DNA from: Chloroflexota bacterium
Lineage (GTDB): Bacteria; Chloroflexota; Anaerolineae; Anaerolineales; Villigracilaceae
Length of the DNA: 64,000 bases
NCBI GenBank assembly: GCA_013388855.1
Contig: JACAEM010000004.1
Coordinates: 101,113-165,112, forward strand
Direction: 5' to 3'
Part shown: positions 19,978 through 29,155 of the stretch, one piece after another
Layout: every line of letters begins with the position of its first letter
Position numbering within the stretch: the first letter of the stretch is position 1
The notes under the pieces: model-generated
The model's input: only the letters and a program-made list of their open reading frames with translations
Databases searched by the model: none
What the model was told of the DNA's origin: nothing
Made by a program: the position numbers and the translations under genes

Positions 19978-20009
19978 AAAGCCCCGCAATTTGCGGGGCT
20001 TCTTTTTTC
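19978..20009. terminator. bidirectional intrinsic terminator between ftsH and fadD
   Basis: GCCCCGCA aatt TGCGGGGC is flanked by AAAA and TTCTTTTTT. Confidence 0.8.
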
Positions 20010-20016
20010 GGCGAAC

Positions 20017-21720
20017 CTATCCGCCGCTGGCTTCCTTGTGTTGTCGCACCAGTTCACGGCGTAGGATCTTTCCAACCGTGGTCTTGGGTAGTTCACTCCT
20101 AAACTCGTAGTGAGTGGGGACTTTGTACGGCGCGAGATGTTCTTTGCAAAACGCTTTGAGTTCCTCCACGGTAAGAGTCTCTCCCGGCTTGACGACGACC
20201 CATGCCTTGACCGTCTCACCGCGGTTCGGGTCGGGGATGCCGCCCACGCCAACTTCCAGCACTTTCGGATGTGCGGAAATCGCCTCTTCCACTTCGCGCG
20301 GCCACACCTGGAAGCCGCCCGGCTTGATGAGTTCCTTCTTGCGGTCGACAATGTAGAAATAGCCATCCTCATCCATGCGGGCGATGTCACCGGTGAACAA
20401 CCACGTCTTGCCGTCCTTCATCTGGCGCAGGGTGTTTGCCGTCTCGGTGGGCATGTTGTGGTACCCCTTCATCACCTGCGGACCGTGGATGACGATCTCG
20501 CCGATCTCGCCTTGTTGCAGTTCGGTCTCGCCGTCATCAAGACTGATGATCTTCACATCCACGTCGGGAAGCGGCATGCCGATGGAGCCGGTTTTGTTTA
20601 CGCCGTTGAGTGGATTGCAGTGCGTGGCGGTCGGCGCCTCGGAAAGACCGTACCCCTCGAAGACCTTGCCGCCGGTCAGCTTCTCGAACTGTTCCTTGGT
20701 CTCGCGCATCAACGGTGCGGAACCGGAGATACAAGCCTTGATGGAGGACAGATCGTATTTTCCCGCTTTCACGTCCGGGTGATTGTTGATTCCATTGTAG
20801 AGAAGGGGTACGCCGGGGAAGATGGTCGCCTTGTACTTGCTGATATTTTGCAACACATCCTTCAGATCGCGAGCGTTCGGCACCATGACCATGCTCGCAC
20901 CGCCTGCCATGGCAAAGTTCATCCCTGCCACCATACCATACACATGGAAGAGCGGGATACCCATCAACACCACTTCCTTGCCTTCCTCCAGCCCGGTCAT
21001 CCACGACTTGATCTGGAGCGTGTTTGCCACCACGTTACGATGCATTGCCACTGCACCCTTGGGCACACCGGTCGTCCCGCCGGAATATTGGAACAGGGCG
21101 GTATCATCGGGTGTGATCTCCACATTCGGTCTGGGTGAATTGGCGTGTTTGGCGAGCAGATCCTTCATCCAAACATCGCCGCTTTCCAGCGCGTCCACAT
21201 GATGCCCCTCTTTTTTCTCCTTCAAAAGGGTGAAGAGCAGGCTGGTAAAGGGGGGCAGTGCCTCCTTGATGTTGGAGACGATGATTTTCTTGAGCTTCGA
21301 CTTTTCGCGGACGGTTTTCAAAACACTGTAAAACCGCGTCAATGTGAACATGATCTCGATATTTGCATCATTGACAGGTATCAACACTTCGTCCGGCGGA
21401 TAGGTCGGATTGACCGCCACCACCACACCGCCTGCTTTCAAAATCCCAAAATACGCGATCACGAACTGCGGAGTGTTCGGCATGAAGATTCCCACCCGGT
21501 CGCCTTTCTTGACGCCCATCTCTACAAGCGCGGCCGCCATATGATCGGTCAGAGCGTTCATCTCCTTGTACGAAATGACCGCTCCTTTGAAGATTGTACA
21601 GGCGCGGTCAGGGTATTTGCGCGCCGACTCCTCCAAAAAATAAAACAACGGCGCTTTCGGATATTCGATTGTCTGTGGAACCCCCTTATCGTAATGAGCA
21701 AGCCACGGACGTGCATTCAT
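20017..21720 (-). CDS. fadD: long-chain fatty acid--CoA ligase (AMP-binding family)
   Basis: AMP-binding motif YSGGTTGVPKG. The start was set at ATG 21720 (MNARPWLAHYDKGVP), with AGGAGGAGG upstream. Confidence 0.9.
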   Translation of the reverse strand: MNARPWLAHYDKGVPQTIEYPKAPLFYFLEESARKYPDRACTIFKGAVISYKEMNALTDHMAAALVEMGVKKGDRVGIFMPNTPQFVIAYFGILKAGGVVVAVNPTYPPDEVLIPVNDANIEIMFTLTRFYSVLKTVREKSKLKKIIVSNIKEALPPFTSLLFTLLKEKKEGHHVDALESGDVWMKDLLAKHANSPRPNVEITPDDTALFQYSGGTTGVPKGAVAMHRNVVANTLQIKSWMTGLEEGKEVVLMGIPLFHVYGMVAGMNFAMAGGASMVMVPNARDLKDVLQNISKYKATIFPGVPLLYNGINNHPDVKAGKYDLSSIKACISGSAPLMRETKEQFEKLTGGKVFEGYGLSEAPTATHCNPLNGVNKTGSIGMPLPDVDVKIISLDDGETELQQGEIGEIVIHGPQVMKGYHNMPTETANTLRQMKDGKTWLFTGDIARMDEDGYFYIVDRKKELIKPGGFQVWPREVEEAISAHPKVLEVGVGGIPDPNRGETVKAWVVVKPGETLTVEELKAFCKEHLAPYKVPTHYEFRSELPKTTVGKILRRELVRQHKEASGG

Positions 21721-21766
21721 AATGCCTCCTCCTTTACCAATTTTTATCAGTATATACAAGGAGGAA

Positions 21767-22735
21767 TCAAAAGTCAACCAACCGCCGGATGTTTTTTACA
21801 ATATCTTCCACAACTCTGTCCTGGACTCGGAACCAGTTGATATTCGGATCGGATTCCTTGAACCAATTCGCCTGCCTGCGGACGAAGACCCGCGTCGCGC
21901 GTCGAATCTCAGCCTTGGCCTGCTCCTCGTTGATTTCGCCGTTGACAACCCGTATACACTCCCGATACCCGATGGCAGACAACGTCGGCAGGGAAGGGGA
22001 ATAGCCTTTTGCCAGCAGACCTCTGACCTCGTCAACGAATCCATTTGCGAACATCGCTTCGATGCGTTGATCCACGCGTTCATACAATTCCACACGAGGA
22101 CGTGTCAAACCGATGGTCACAAGATGATAGGGCGAATCCGATTGTCCGCGCTGCTCGGAAAATCTCCTGCCCGTGGTCAGAATCACTTCCAAGGCGCGAA
22201 TGGTCCGCCTGTAGTTTCGTGCATCAATCTTTTCTGCCGCCACCGGGTCGAAACCTTTAAGTTTGTCGTGTAGCCAATAAACCCCTCTTTCCTCCTTCAT
22301 TCTTTCCAATTCACTCCTTAGTCTCTCATCCGGTTCCACCTCTGGCGGAGTCCATCCTTGAGTCACCGCACGGACATATTGCCCGGTTCCTCCCACCAAA
22401 AACGGTAATTTGTTACGTGTATGAATGTCTGCAATCGTCTCACGCGCCTTCTGTTGAAAGACTGCCAGGCTCAAAATCTTGTCAGGATCGGCGATATCGA
22501 TCAAATGATGCGGCACGCGCTCCCGCTCTTCGTGCGCGGGTTTGGCGGTGCCGATATCCATGCCGCGATAAAAAAGACGCGAATCGGCAGAGACAATCTC
22601 ACCGTTGAGCCGTTCTGCGAGTTGGATGGCGATTTCCGTCTTGCCGACGGCAGTGGGCCCAATGATGAGGACGAGTGGCGGTTTGCTCCTCTCTCCTTGT
22701 AGGAGAGGGGGCAGGGACGAGGTCTCAGATTGCAT
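21767..22735 (-). CDS. miaA: tRNA dimethylallyltransferase
   Basis: P-loop GPTAVGKT and DSRLFYRGMDIGTAKP. ATG 22735 is the nearest canonical start. The repeat element 22686..22724 lies inside codons 4-16. Confidence 0.88.
   Translation of the reverse strand: MQSETSSLPPLLQGERSKPPLVLIIGPTAVGKTEIAIQLAERLNGEIVSADSRLFYRGMDIGTAKPAHEERERVPHHLIDIADPDKILSLAVFQQKARETIADIHTRNKLPFLVGGTGQYVRAVTQGWTPPEVEPDERLRSELERMKEERGVYWLHDKLKGFDPVAAEKIDARNYRRTIRALEVILTTGRRFSEQRGQSDSPYHLVTIGLTRPRVELYERVDQRIEAMFANGFVDEVRGLLAKGYSPSLPTLSAIGYRECIRVVNGEINEEQAKAEIRRATRVFVRRQANWFKESDPNINWFRVQDRVVEDIVKNIRRLVDF
22686..22724 (+). repeat. palindromic G-rich repeat element, copy a (hairpin CTCTCCT/AGGAGAG plus GGGGCAGGGACGAGG tail)
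   Basis: A 7-bp stem with a 3-nt loop is followed by a G-rich tail. It is related to the copies at 32114, 33078, 41286 and possibly 47698. Confidence 0.6.
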
Positions 22736-23075
22736 TCTCAAAGTAAGTGACTTTCGGCGTTGACCCTGGGTTTCCCTCAATGGCAATCACATCGATTTGC
22801 CAATGGTCGATCTCATGTTCTGCGGCGTAATGCTCGGCGCACGCTACCATATGTCCCTGTTTACGCGGAGTAATGGATTCTTCTGGGAGTCCTACCTTAT
22901 TTGATGTCCGTGCTTTCACTTCCACAAAGATGATGGTATCTCCCTGCCGGGCGATGACATCGATCTCGCCGTAGGGAGTGCGTGCATTTCGGGCGACGAT
23001 CTCGTAACCGCGTCCAGTGAGGTAGTCCACGGCGGTATCTTCACCCCACTTGCCGATGCGCTGGTTGTGTTTCAT
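22725..23075 (-). CDS. yraN: YraN family (UPF0102) endonuclease-like protein
   Basis: Typical size and motifs (GEIDVIA...FVEVKAR). It has an ATGA start/stop overlap with the upstream glycosyltransferase gene. Confidence 0.85.
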   Translation of the reverse strand: MKHNQRIGKWGEDTAVDYLTGRGYEIVARNARTPYGEIDVIARQGDTIIFVEVKARTSNKVGLPEESITPRKQGHMVACAEHYAAEHEIDHWQIDVIAIEGNPGSTPKVTYFENAI

Positions 23076-24274
23076 TTCAAAAACTCTTCCAGGATCGCCA
23101 TCAGCTTTTCATCGAGGCTTTGCTTGATGGGCTTGGTGTTCTGTGTCAGGCGATTGTAGTGTCCGAGCATGATTTTGGTCGTCCGCTCGATGGAATACTG
23201 TTCAGAAGCCGCGCGAGCCGCCGCGCCCATCTCTTTTTGAAGATCCCGGTTCAGGCACAAATAGGTGAGTTTGGCGGTGTAGGATGCGATATCCTCCGTC
23301 GAAAGCAGACCAGATTCTCCATCCACGACCGAATCGCCGACTCCGGGTGAATCGATGCCCATGATAGGCAGTCCTGCCGCCATCGCTTCGATCACGGTGA
23401 ACGGGTGGACCTCCGTGACAGAGGCGGTGACGAACGCGTCGCACATTGCCAGGTGGGACGGCAACTTGTCATACGGGATCATTCCGGTAAAACGGACGCG
23501 GTCTTGAATGCCCAATTCGCCTGGAAGGGGTTTCAGCACTTCCTCGTGTTCTTTTTGCCCGCCGCCAATGATGAGGAGATACACATTCGGTATAACCTTA
23601 GATACTCCGGCGAAGGATTGGAGCAGGAACCCGATATTTTTTTCAGGAGCAATGCGACCGGCATAGACCAGCAGGATGTCATCTTCCTTGAAACCGAATT
23701 CGGCGCGTGGGAGAGGCTGGGCGTTGTGGAAAGGTTTCAGGTTTGCACCGTTGGGAACGACCTCAATGTGACTCTCCACACCGTATTGCCGGAGGACTTT
23801 TTTCATACCCGGTGATGGAGAGATGACCAGGTCTACAGCGCTGCAAAAATCGGGCATATATGCCTGCAACATGCTCTGGCTCACTTCCACGGGCATGAGC
23901 GGCAGACGGGCTTGTGCGTACAGGTCATAGCGTGTGTGATTGGTGAAAATGACAGGGATCTGTTTTGGTCGGCAGTAGCGCAGGGCAAGACGTCCACTGA
24001 GGAAGGGGTGGTGGACATGGACCACGTCCATCGTTTGAAGGAGTTTTTTGGCGGCGGTTTTGTATCTCAGGGAGAGGTAAAAGCCTGTATCTGCGAGAGG
24101 CAGCCCCGGGCTTCGGATGACGCGGGGTTCATTATCCTGGTAATCGAGGTCGCCGAAGGTGAAGACATATACCTCGTGACCGGACTCCTCGAGCGCCCGT
24201 TTGTTCAGGTCGATATAAGTCGTGATGCCGCTGACATACGGCTTGTAGGTGTCTGCCATCATTCCGATTCGCAT
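23072..24274 (-). CDS. glycosyltransferase family 4 (GT-B fold)
   Basis: N-terminal GT4 pattern (PYVSGITTYI) and C-terminal E-x7-E region (EVHPFTVIEAMAAGLPI). Confidence 0.85.
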   Translation of the reverse strand: MRIGMMADTYKPYVSGITTYIDLNKRALEESGHEVYVFTFGDLDYQDNEPRVIRSPGLPLADTGFYLSLRYKTAAKKLLQTMDVVHVHHPFLSGRLALRYCRPKQIPVIFTNHTRYDLYAQARLPLMPVEVSQSMLQAYMPDFCSAVDLVISPSPGMKKVLRQYGVESHIEVVPNGANLKPFHNAQPLPRAEFGFKEDDILLVYAGRIAPEKNIGFLLQSFAGVSKVIPNVYLLIIGGGQKEHEEVLKPLPGELGIQDRVRFTGMIPYDKLPSHLAMCDAFVTASVTEVHPFTVIEAMAAGLPIMGIDSPGVGDSVVDGESGLLSTEDIASYTAKLTYLCLNRDLQKEMGAAARAASEQYSIERTTKIMLGHYNRLTQNTKPIKQSLDEKLMAILEEFLK

Positions 24275-24326
24275 GGGGCTATGCTAAGGCAAGGAGAGGA
24301 GAGTGTCAAGGCAGGAATTGTCCTCG

Positions 24327-24335
24327 TGATAAAAT
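24327..24335 (+). promoter_or_regulatory. extended -10 like box TGATAAAAT, 6 nt upstream of the ATG (leaderless candidate)
   Basis: The sequence is TGaTAAAATcggatcATG, with no Shine-Dalgarno sequence before the ThiS-like ORF. Confidence 0.35.
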
Positions 24336-24341
24336 CGGATC

Positions 24342-24542
24342 ATGCCTGTAAAATTAATTTTGCGAAACAAGGAATATGAAGTAAAGCCTGGGATGATGCT
24401 TCTGGACGCGCTCAAGAAGATCGGCGTCGTACCCGAGTCGGTGATTGCGACTCGGAACGGTGAGATGATTCTGGAAGATGAGATTCTCAAAGACGGTGAT
24501 GTAATCAAACTGGTCGCGGTGATTTCGGGCGGGATGTGGTAA
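24342..24542 (+). CDS. ThiS/MoaD/TtuB-like ubiquitin-fold sulfur carrier with GG followed by two extra residues
   Basis: The protein is 66 aa, has a beta-grasp-like pattern and ends ...VAVISGGMW. It sits immediately upstream of a TtuA/Ncs6-type PP-loop enzyme. Confidence 0.7.
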   Translation: MPVKLILRNKEYEVKPGMMLLDALKKIGVVPESVIATRNGEMILEDEILKDGDVIKLVAVISGGMW

Positions 24543-24574
24543 ATGATTATTGGTGACTGGTATGGAGATTGCTC

Positions 24575-25513
24575 ATGAAGTGCAAGAAATGCGGTGAAAA
24601 AGCCTCGGTAAACATGCGCCAGCACAAACTGGCGTTGTGCAAAGAACATTACCTCGAGTGGGTCCCTGAGCAAACCGAGCGCTTCATCAAAAAATATGAG
24701 ATGTTCACGCGCGACGAGAAGATTTTGGTCGCGGTTTCGGGCGGAAAGGATTCGCTTGCACTGTGGGACATCCTTCACCGCCTCGGCTATCAGGCGGACG
24801 GGCTGTATCTCGGTTTGGGGATTGACGGGGGCATCGGTTACTCGCACGAGTCGCAGCGGCTGGCGCAGAAGTTTGCCGATGAGCGCGGTCTCAAACTCCA
24901 TGTGGTGGACATCGAAAAAGAATATGGTCAGCCCATCCCCGTGCTTTCGGAAATCTCCCATCGCGGACATGGCAAGCCGTGCGCCGTGTGCGGGTTGGTG
25001 AAACGCCACGAAATGAACCGCATCGCGCGGGACCTCGGGTATGCTGTGCTGGCAACGGGACATAACCTCGACGACGAGGCGGCTGTGCTCTTCGGCAACA
25101 CGTTGAACTGGTCGAGCGAATATCTTTTGAGACAAGGACCGGTGCTCCCCTCGAGCGACGGGCTGGCGCGAAAGGTCAAGCCGTTGTGCCGCTTTTACGA
25201 GCGCGAGATGACCGCCTATGCGCTGGCACGGGGGATTGAATATATTTACGAAGAGTGTCCTTACGCAGATGGGTCGCAATCCATTTATTACAAGGAACTG
25301 CTCAACCAGTTGGAAACGACTCGCCCCGGTGCCAAGCTGACGTTCTACCTGCGCTTCCTCGAAGCTCGTAAACGCGGCGACCTGTTCATCGAACAAAACA
25401 TCGAGCATGCCCATTTACATGCCTGTCCCAAATGTGGACAGCCCACTTCGACCGACGATTACTGTTCCTTTTGCCGGATGATCGAAAAGGTGAACGCGGT
25501 TTCGGCGAAATAA
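24575..25513 (+). CDS. TtuA/Ncs6-family PP-loop ATPase (tRNA thiolation-type enzyme)
   Basis: Features are an N-terminal CxxC...CxxH, the PP-loop SGGKDS, the cluster-type cysteines CAVCG...C and a C-terminal CPKCG...CSFC. The start was set at ATG 24575, with GGAG 7 nt upstream. Confidence 0.85.
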   Translation: MKCKKCGEKASVNMRQHKLALCKEHYLEWVPEQTERFIKKYEMFTRDEKILVAVSGGKDSLALWDILHRLGYQADGLYLGLGIDGGIGYSHESQRLAQKFADERGLKLHVVDIEKEYGQPIPVLSEISHRGHGKPCAVCGLVKRHEMNRIARDLGYAVLATGHNLDDEAAVLFGNTLNWSSEYLLRQGPVLPSSDGLARKVKPLCRFYEREMTAYALARGIEYIYEECPYADGSQSIYYKELLNQLETTRPGAKLTFYLRFLEARKRGDLFIEQNIEHAHLHACPKCGQPTSTDDYCSFCRMIEKVNAVSAK

Positions 25514-25545
25514 GTTGAAAAAAGAGAATCAAGATGGATTGTTGT

Positions 25546-25582
25546 GTAGAGGCAGGTCTCAGACTTGCCTCTACGTGTTTTT
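25546..25582 (+). terminator. intrinsic terminator after the TtuA-like gene
   Basis: GTAGAGGCA / TGCCTCTAC form a 9-bp stem followed by GTGTTTTT. Confidence 0.75.
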
Positions 25583-25618
25583 AGAATATATGTGCTAAAA
25601 TCGAAAGCGAGGTGACCA

Positions 25619-25957
25619 ATGGCAATTTCCCTTGAAAATGCAGAGCATTATGTGTGGGGTGAGGTGTGCGATGGCTGGCATCTGCTCAAACGCGATGATA
25701 TGAGCGTGATCCAGGAACGTGTCCCGGCAGGCGCGGCGGAAGTGATGCATTATCATGAAGTTGCCCGTCAATTCTTTTATGTTCTTGACGGTGAGGGAAC
25801 AATGGTTTTTGATGACTGCGAAGTGATTTTGAGCAAAGGTCAGGGAATCGAAATTCCGCCGCAGGTGAAGCATCAGTTCACGAATCGATCGAATGCTGAT
25901 GTACATTTTTTAGTAATATCCATCCCGACGACGAGAGGTGACCGGGTCAACGTATGA
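25619..25957 (+). CDS. cupin domain protein
   Basis: Cupin motifs HYHEVARQFFYVLDGEGTM and IPPQVKHQFTN. Confidence 0.75.
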   Translation: MAISLENAEHYVWGEVCDGWHLLKRDDMSVIQERVPAGAAEVMHYHEVARQFFYVLDGEGTMVFDDCEVILSKGQGIEIPPQVKHQFTNRSNADVHFLVISIPTTRGDRVNV

Positions 25958-27228
25958 CTCCTATTACCATTTCCAAACAAACTGCACGAAGATTTATTCT
26001 CGGCAAGCAGGGATTATGGCCTGGTCGCCGCTGGAAGGGCAGGAAAGGCACTGCGGAGGCGATCCGTGCATGTGAAGCGGTGCAACTGGACCCGCTGATT
26101 GTCGTAGCACGCAGTCAGGATATTGTGTTGCATAGCCGCGTGTTGGACTACAAGCCGGATTTCCTGTATCAAGCGGCGTACAAAGACCGACAGTTCTTCG
26201 ATTACGGCAGCTGGCTGGCGATGTATCCCATGCCTGATTTGCCTTATTTCCGTGTGCACATGGAGCGGCGCAGTCACGAAAAGCGCGTGGAGGATTTTGT
26301 TCTGCCCAACCCGGGGTTGTTCGAGCGGGTACGCGCCGAGTTGCGGACGCGTGGACCGCTGGGGAACCGCGGTCTGGATGGGAATCATTTCGGCGCGTGG
26401 AATTATCGCGGGCGCAAGGATACGTCGCTGGCGTTGTTCGATATGTGGCTTTCGGGGGAGGTCATGATCCATCACCGTGATGGCTTCGAGCGCGTCTATG
26501 ATTTTCGCGAGAACATCGCGCCTGAACAATATGATTATGTGGCGGCTGAAAAAGCGGCGGAATATTTCTTTGCGCGAAAGGCGGTCTCTTTCCACGGGTT
26601 GTTGCGCGAAGCGGGGATGAGAATCGCTCTGGAGTACGACATGCGACGCAAATACGGACGCGAGGAAACGCGTCAGTTGCTTCAGGGTTGGATCGAGTCG
26701 GGGATGTTGAGTCAGGTTCAAGTCGAGGGCGGACGCGAAACATTCCTTTGTTTGGCGGAAGATGTTCCGATGTTGGAAGCCCTTACAAATGGGAAGACGC
26801 CCAAGGGATGGAATCCAAAAGAGACATCTACACTGGAAGAAGTCACGTTCCTTGCACCGCTGGATATTGTCAGCGCGCGCGGACGGGCGAAGAAAGTGTT
26901 CGATTTTGAATACAAATGGGAGGTATACACACCGGTGCATTTGCGCCGTTGGGGGTATTATGTGTTGCCGGTTCTTTATGGTGACGACCTGGTGGCGCGG
27001 CTCGACCCGAAGCTTGACCGTTCCTCGATGACTCTGGAGATTAAGGGTTTCTGGCATGAGGACGACGCGCCGGTGAGGAATGCGGGTTTTGCGAGCGCGT
27101 TGGCAAAAGGCTTGATCCGTTTTGCCAATTTTCTGGAAGCGAAAAGAATAAAAATGAGTGCACTTCGACCGACTGCGCTGCGGCAGGAAGTGCGGCGGCT
27201 GATCAAACCAACGGGCTTGGTTTCATGA
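25954..27228 (+). CDS. YcaQ/AlkZ-like winged-helix DNA glycosylase family protein
   Basis: The N-terminus ISKQTARRFILGKQGL...AVQLDPL and the overall length are typical of the family. It has an ATGA overlap with the cupin gene. Confidence 0.78.
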   Translation: MTPITISKQTARRFILGKQGLWPGRRWKGRKGTAEAIRACEAVQLDPLIVVARSQDIVLHSRVLDYKPDFLYQAAYKDRQFFDYGSWLAMYPMPDLPYFRVHMERRSHEKRVEDFVLPNPGLFERVRAELRTRGPLGNRGLDGNHFGAWNYRGRKDTSLALFDMWLSGEVMIHHRDGFERVYDFRENIAPEQYDYVAAEKAAEYFFARKAVSFHGLLREAGMRIALEYDMRRKYGREETRQLLQGWIESGMLSQVQVEGGRETFLCLAEDVPMLEALTNGKTPKGWNPKETSTLEEVTFLAPLDIVSARGRAKKVFDFEYKWEVYTPVHLRRWGYYVLPVLYGDDLVARLDPKLDRSSMTLEIKGFWHEDDAPVRNAGFASALAKGLIRFANFLEAKRIKMSALRPTALRQEVRRLIKPTGLVS

Positions 27229-27288
27229 TGGTTTACAGGGGGGTGATTTTTACCGGATTGAAAAAGTTTACAAATACTAGATTTTAAC

Positions 27289-27317
27289 TAGACAAAAACT
27301 GTGCATCATGTTATATT
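27289..27317 (+). promoter_or_regulatory. candidate sigma70-type promoter TAGACA-17-TATATT (TGT upstream of -10)
   Basis: Hexamer spacing was counted directly. It lies about 65 nt upstream of the peroxiredoxin-like gene. Confidence 0.3.
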
Positions 27318-27382
27318 ATAGCAGTCCGATTGAACGGACAGTTGTTTGCATGGAATTGTGAAACTGGAAGGTGAAAACTCGA

Positions 27383-27985
27383 ATGATGGCAAATCTTGTT
27401 CAGCTAAAATTCAACGACCCTGCTCCTGACTTGGAACTGCAGGATGTGGACGGTGCCCCTGTGAGGCTCTCCTCGTTTTGGATGCGGCAGGTGCTCATTC
27501 TGGCATTTACGCGTCATTTTGGCTGCCCACAATGCAAGGAAATGGTCGATCAGCTGGTGAAAGTCTTGCCGGAGTTTATGGCGAAGAATCTCGGGCTGGT
27601 CATCGTTACGCAGGGCACGCCAGAGGAGGCAAAAGTCTTTTGCGCCGAACGCGCTCCCGGTGTAACGTGCCTTGCTGACCCCGAGCGTAAGGCCTATCAG
27701 GCGTATGGGTTGGAGCGGGCGAATGTGTGGCAATCCTTCCTTTCGCTCAATGTCTGGCGTTCGAACCGCCGCTTGAAAAAGGAGCGCGGTTGGAACACTG
27801 ACCTGCCTCCCAAAGGGCAGGATGCGCTGCAAATGGCGGGAACATTCGTCATTGCTCCCGATGGACGCATTCGTTTGCCGTATTACTACGACAATATCGC
27901 CGACCACCCGGATATCGATCTGCTCTTGCACGGCGTGATGGGTATGGATTGGAACAAACCTTTCATTGGACCGGTTGTGCCCTGA
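27383..27985 (+). CDS. peroxiredoxin-like (AhpC/TSA-2 type) thiol-redox protein
   Basis: The redox motif is FTRHFGCPQC. The start is ambiguous (GTG 27371, ATG 27383 or ATG 27386). The stop is 2 nt before the permease ATG. Confidence 0.72.
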   Translation: MMANLVQLKFNDPAPDLELQDVDGAPVRLSSFWMRQVLILAFTRHFGCPQCKEMVDQLVKVLPEFMAKNLGLVIVTQGTPEEAKVFCAERAPGVTCLADPERKAYQAYGLERANVWQSFLSLNVWRSNRRLKKERGWNTDLPPKGQDALQMAGTFVIAPDGRIRLPYYYDNIADHPDIDLLLHGVMGMDWNKPFIGPVVP

Positions 27986-27987
27986 TT

Positions 27988-29148
27988 ATGAAAAATATTC
28001 TTCTTGCTTTTTATCTCGCTCTCAAGGAAGTTTTCCGAAACAAAGGACGTTTCCTGCTGGTCAGTCTGGTGATTGCACTGATCACGTTGTTGGTCTTGTT
28101 CATCGCCGCGCTTGGTGAGGGGCTTGCCAATGGCAACCGTCAATATATTGCCAATCTGGATGCGCAATTGATTGTTTTCCTGGAAAAGTCGGATTTCATT
28201 ATTCCCTCCAGTCGATTGGAGACGAATACTGCGCGCACGGTTCGCCGCGTGGACGGGGTGGCGGATGCCGGTCCGATTTACACGTCCAACACGGAGATTG
28301 TCTCTCTTCAAGAGCCGCTGAAAGTTTCCATGCTGGGAGCCGAGCCGGGCCGCCCAGGGATGCCGGAGATTCTTGAAGGGCGGGAGTTCCGCGGCGGAGA
28401 GGCGCGCGAAACGGTGATTGACCGTGGTGTTGCGATCCGCTCAGGTATCAAGGTTGGCGACGAGATCGAGATCCGCTCCACGCAAGGGACGGACGACCAG
28501 TTTTTTACACTCGAAGTTGTTGGTTTGGTGGATGGACAATCCTACGCCTTCCAACCAACCATTTTTGTGCCGGTTACAACCTGGGAGAAGATCCGCCCGC
28601 AATCCGAAGCGGACTTGAATAGCGATACGCCATATCCGAATATCATCGCGGTGAAATTGGAAGATCCCGGTCAAATCGAACTGGTCAAGGCGCGCCTGCT
28701 GGCCAATGTGCCGAACATCGAAGTGGCTGATATTGACACCACCATCAACAACGTTCCCGGCTATTCCGCCCAGCAAGGGACGGTTCAGACTCAGGGATTT
28801 TTCACCCTGTTGATCGGCGTGCTGGTCATCGGTGGGTTCTTCCAAATTCAAATTTTGCAGAAGGTGCCGCAGATCGGGGTGCTGAAAGCCATCGGTTCGT
28901 CGAACGGGGTAGTGGGTTGGGCGGCGGTCATTCAAATCGTCGTGGTGACAGCCATCGGCGTCGCGATTGGAGGCGGGCTGACGTACGTGTTCTCGCTCTT
29001 TTTGCCGGCGACGATCCCGTTTGTGTTCGATGGGGTCCGTTCGATTGCGGCGGTCATCCTGCTGCTGTTGATCGGTCCATTCGGCGGGTTGGTTTCGATT
29101 ATTTACGCGGTTCGAATCGAGCCGCTCAAAGCGTTGCGGTTGGGGTAG
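27988..29148 (+). CDS. FtsX/MacB-type ABC transporter permease
   Basis: It has an N-terminal TM helix, a ~220-aa extracytoplasmic domain and a C-terminal FtsX-like three-helix bundle (VLKAIGSSNG). Confidence 0.85.
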   Translation: MKNILLAFYLALKEVFRNKGRFLLVSLVIALITLLVLFIAALGEGLANGNRQYIANLDAQLIVFLEKSDFIIPSSRLETNTARTVRRVDGVADAGPIYTSNTEIVSLQEPLKVSMLGAEPGRPGMPEILEGREFRGGEARETVIDRGVAIRSGIKVGDEIEIRSTQGTDDQFFTLEVVGLVDGQSYAFQPTIFVPVTTWEKIRPQSEADLNSDTPYPNIIAVKLEDPGQIELVKARLLANVPNIEVADIDTTINNVPGYSAQQGTVQTQGFFTLLIGVLVIGGFFQIQILQKVPQIGVLKAIGSSNGVVGWAAVIQIVVVTAIGVAIGGGLTYVFSLFLPATIPFVFDGVRSIAAVILLLLIGPFGGLVSIIYAVRIEPLKALRLG

Positions 29149-29155
29149 GTGCGTG

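Noticed and set aside
24284-25414. 376-aa ORF on the minus strand.
   Set aside because: It is entirely antisense to the well-supported TtuA-like gene. Its composition is Arg/Leu/His-rich and low-complexity, and it has no SD and no recognisable motif. This is a typical shadow ORF of GC-rich coding DNA.
27315-27323. A fourth TGCTATAAT box on the minus strand.
   Set aside because: It points towards the 3' end of the plus-strand YcaQ-like gene, and no minus-strand ORF lies downstream. It overlaps the AT-rich plus-strand promoter candidate, so it is probably a by-product of a TATA-rich palindromic sequence.
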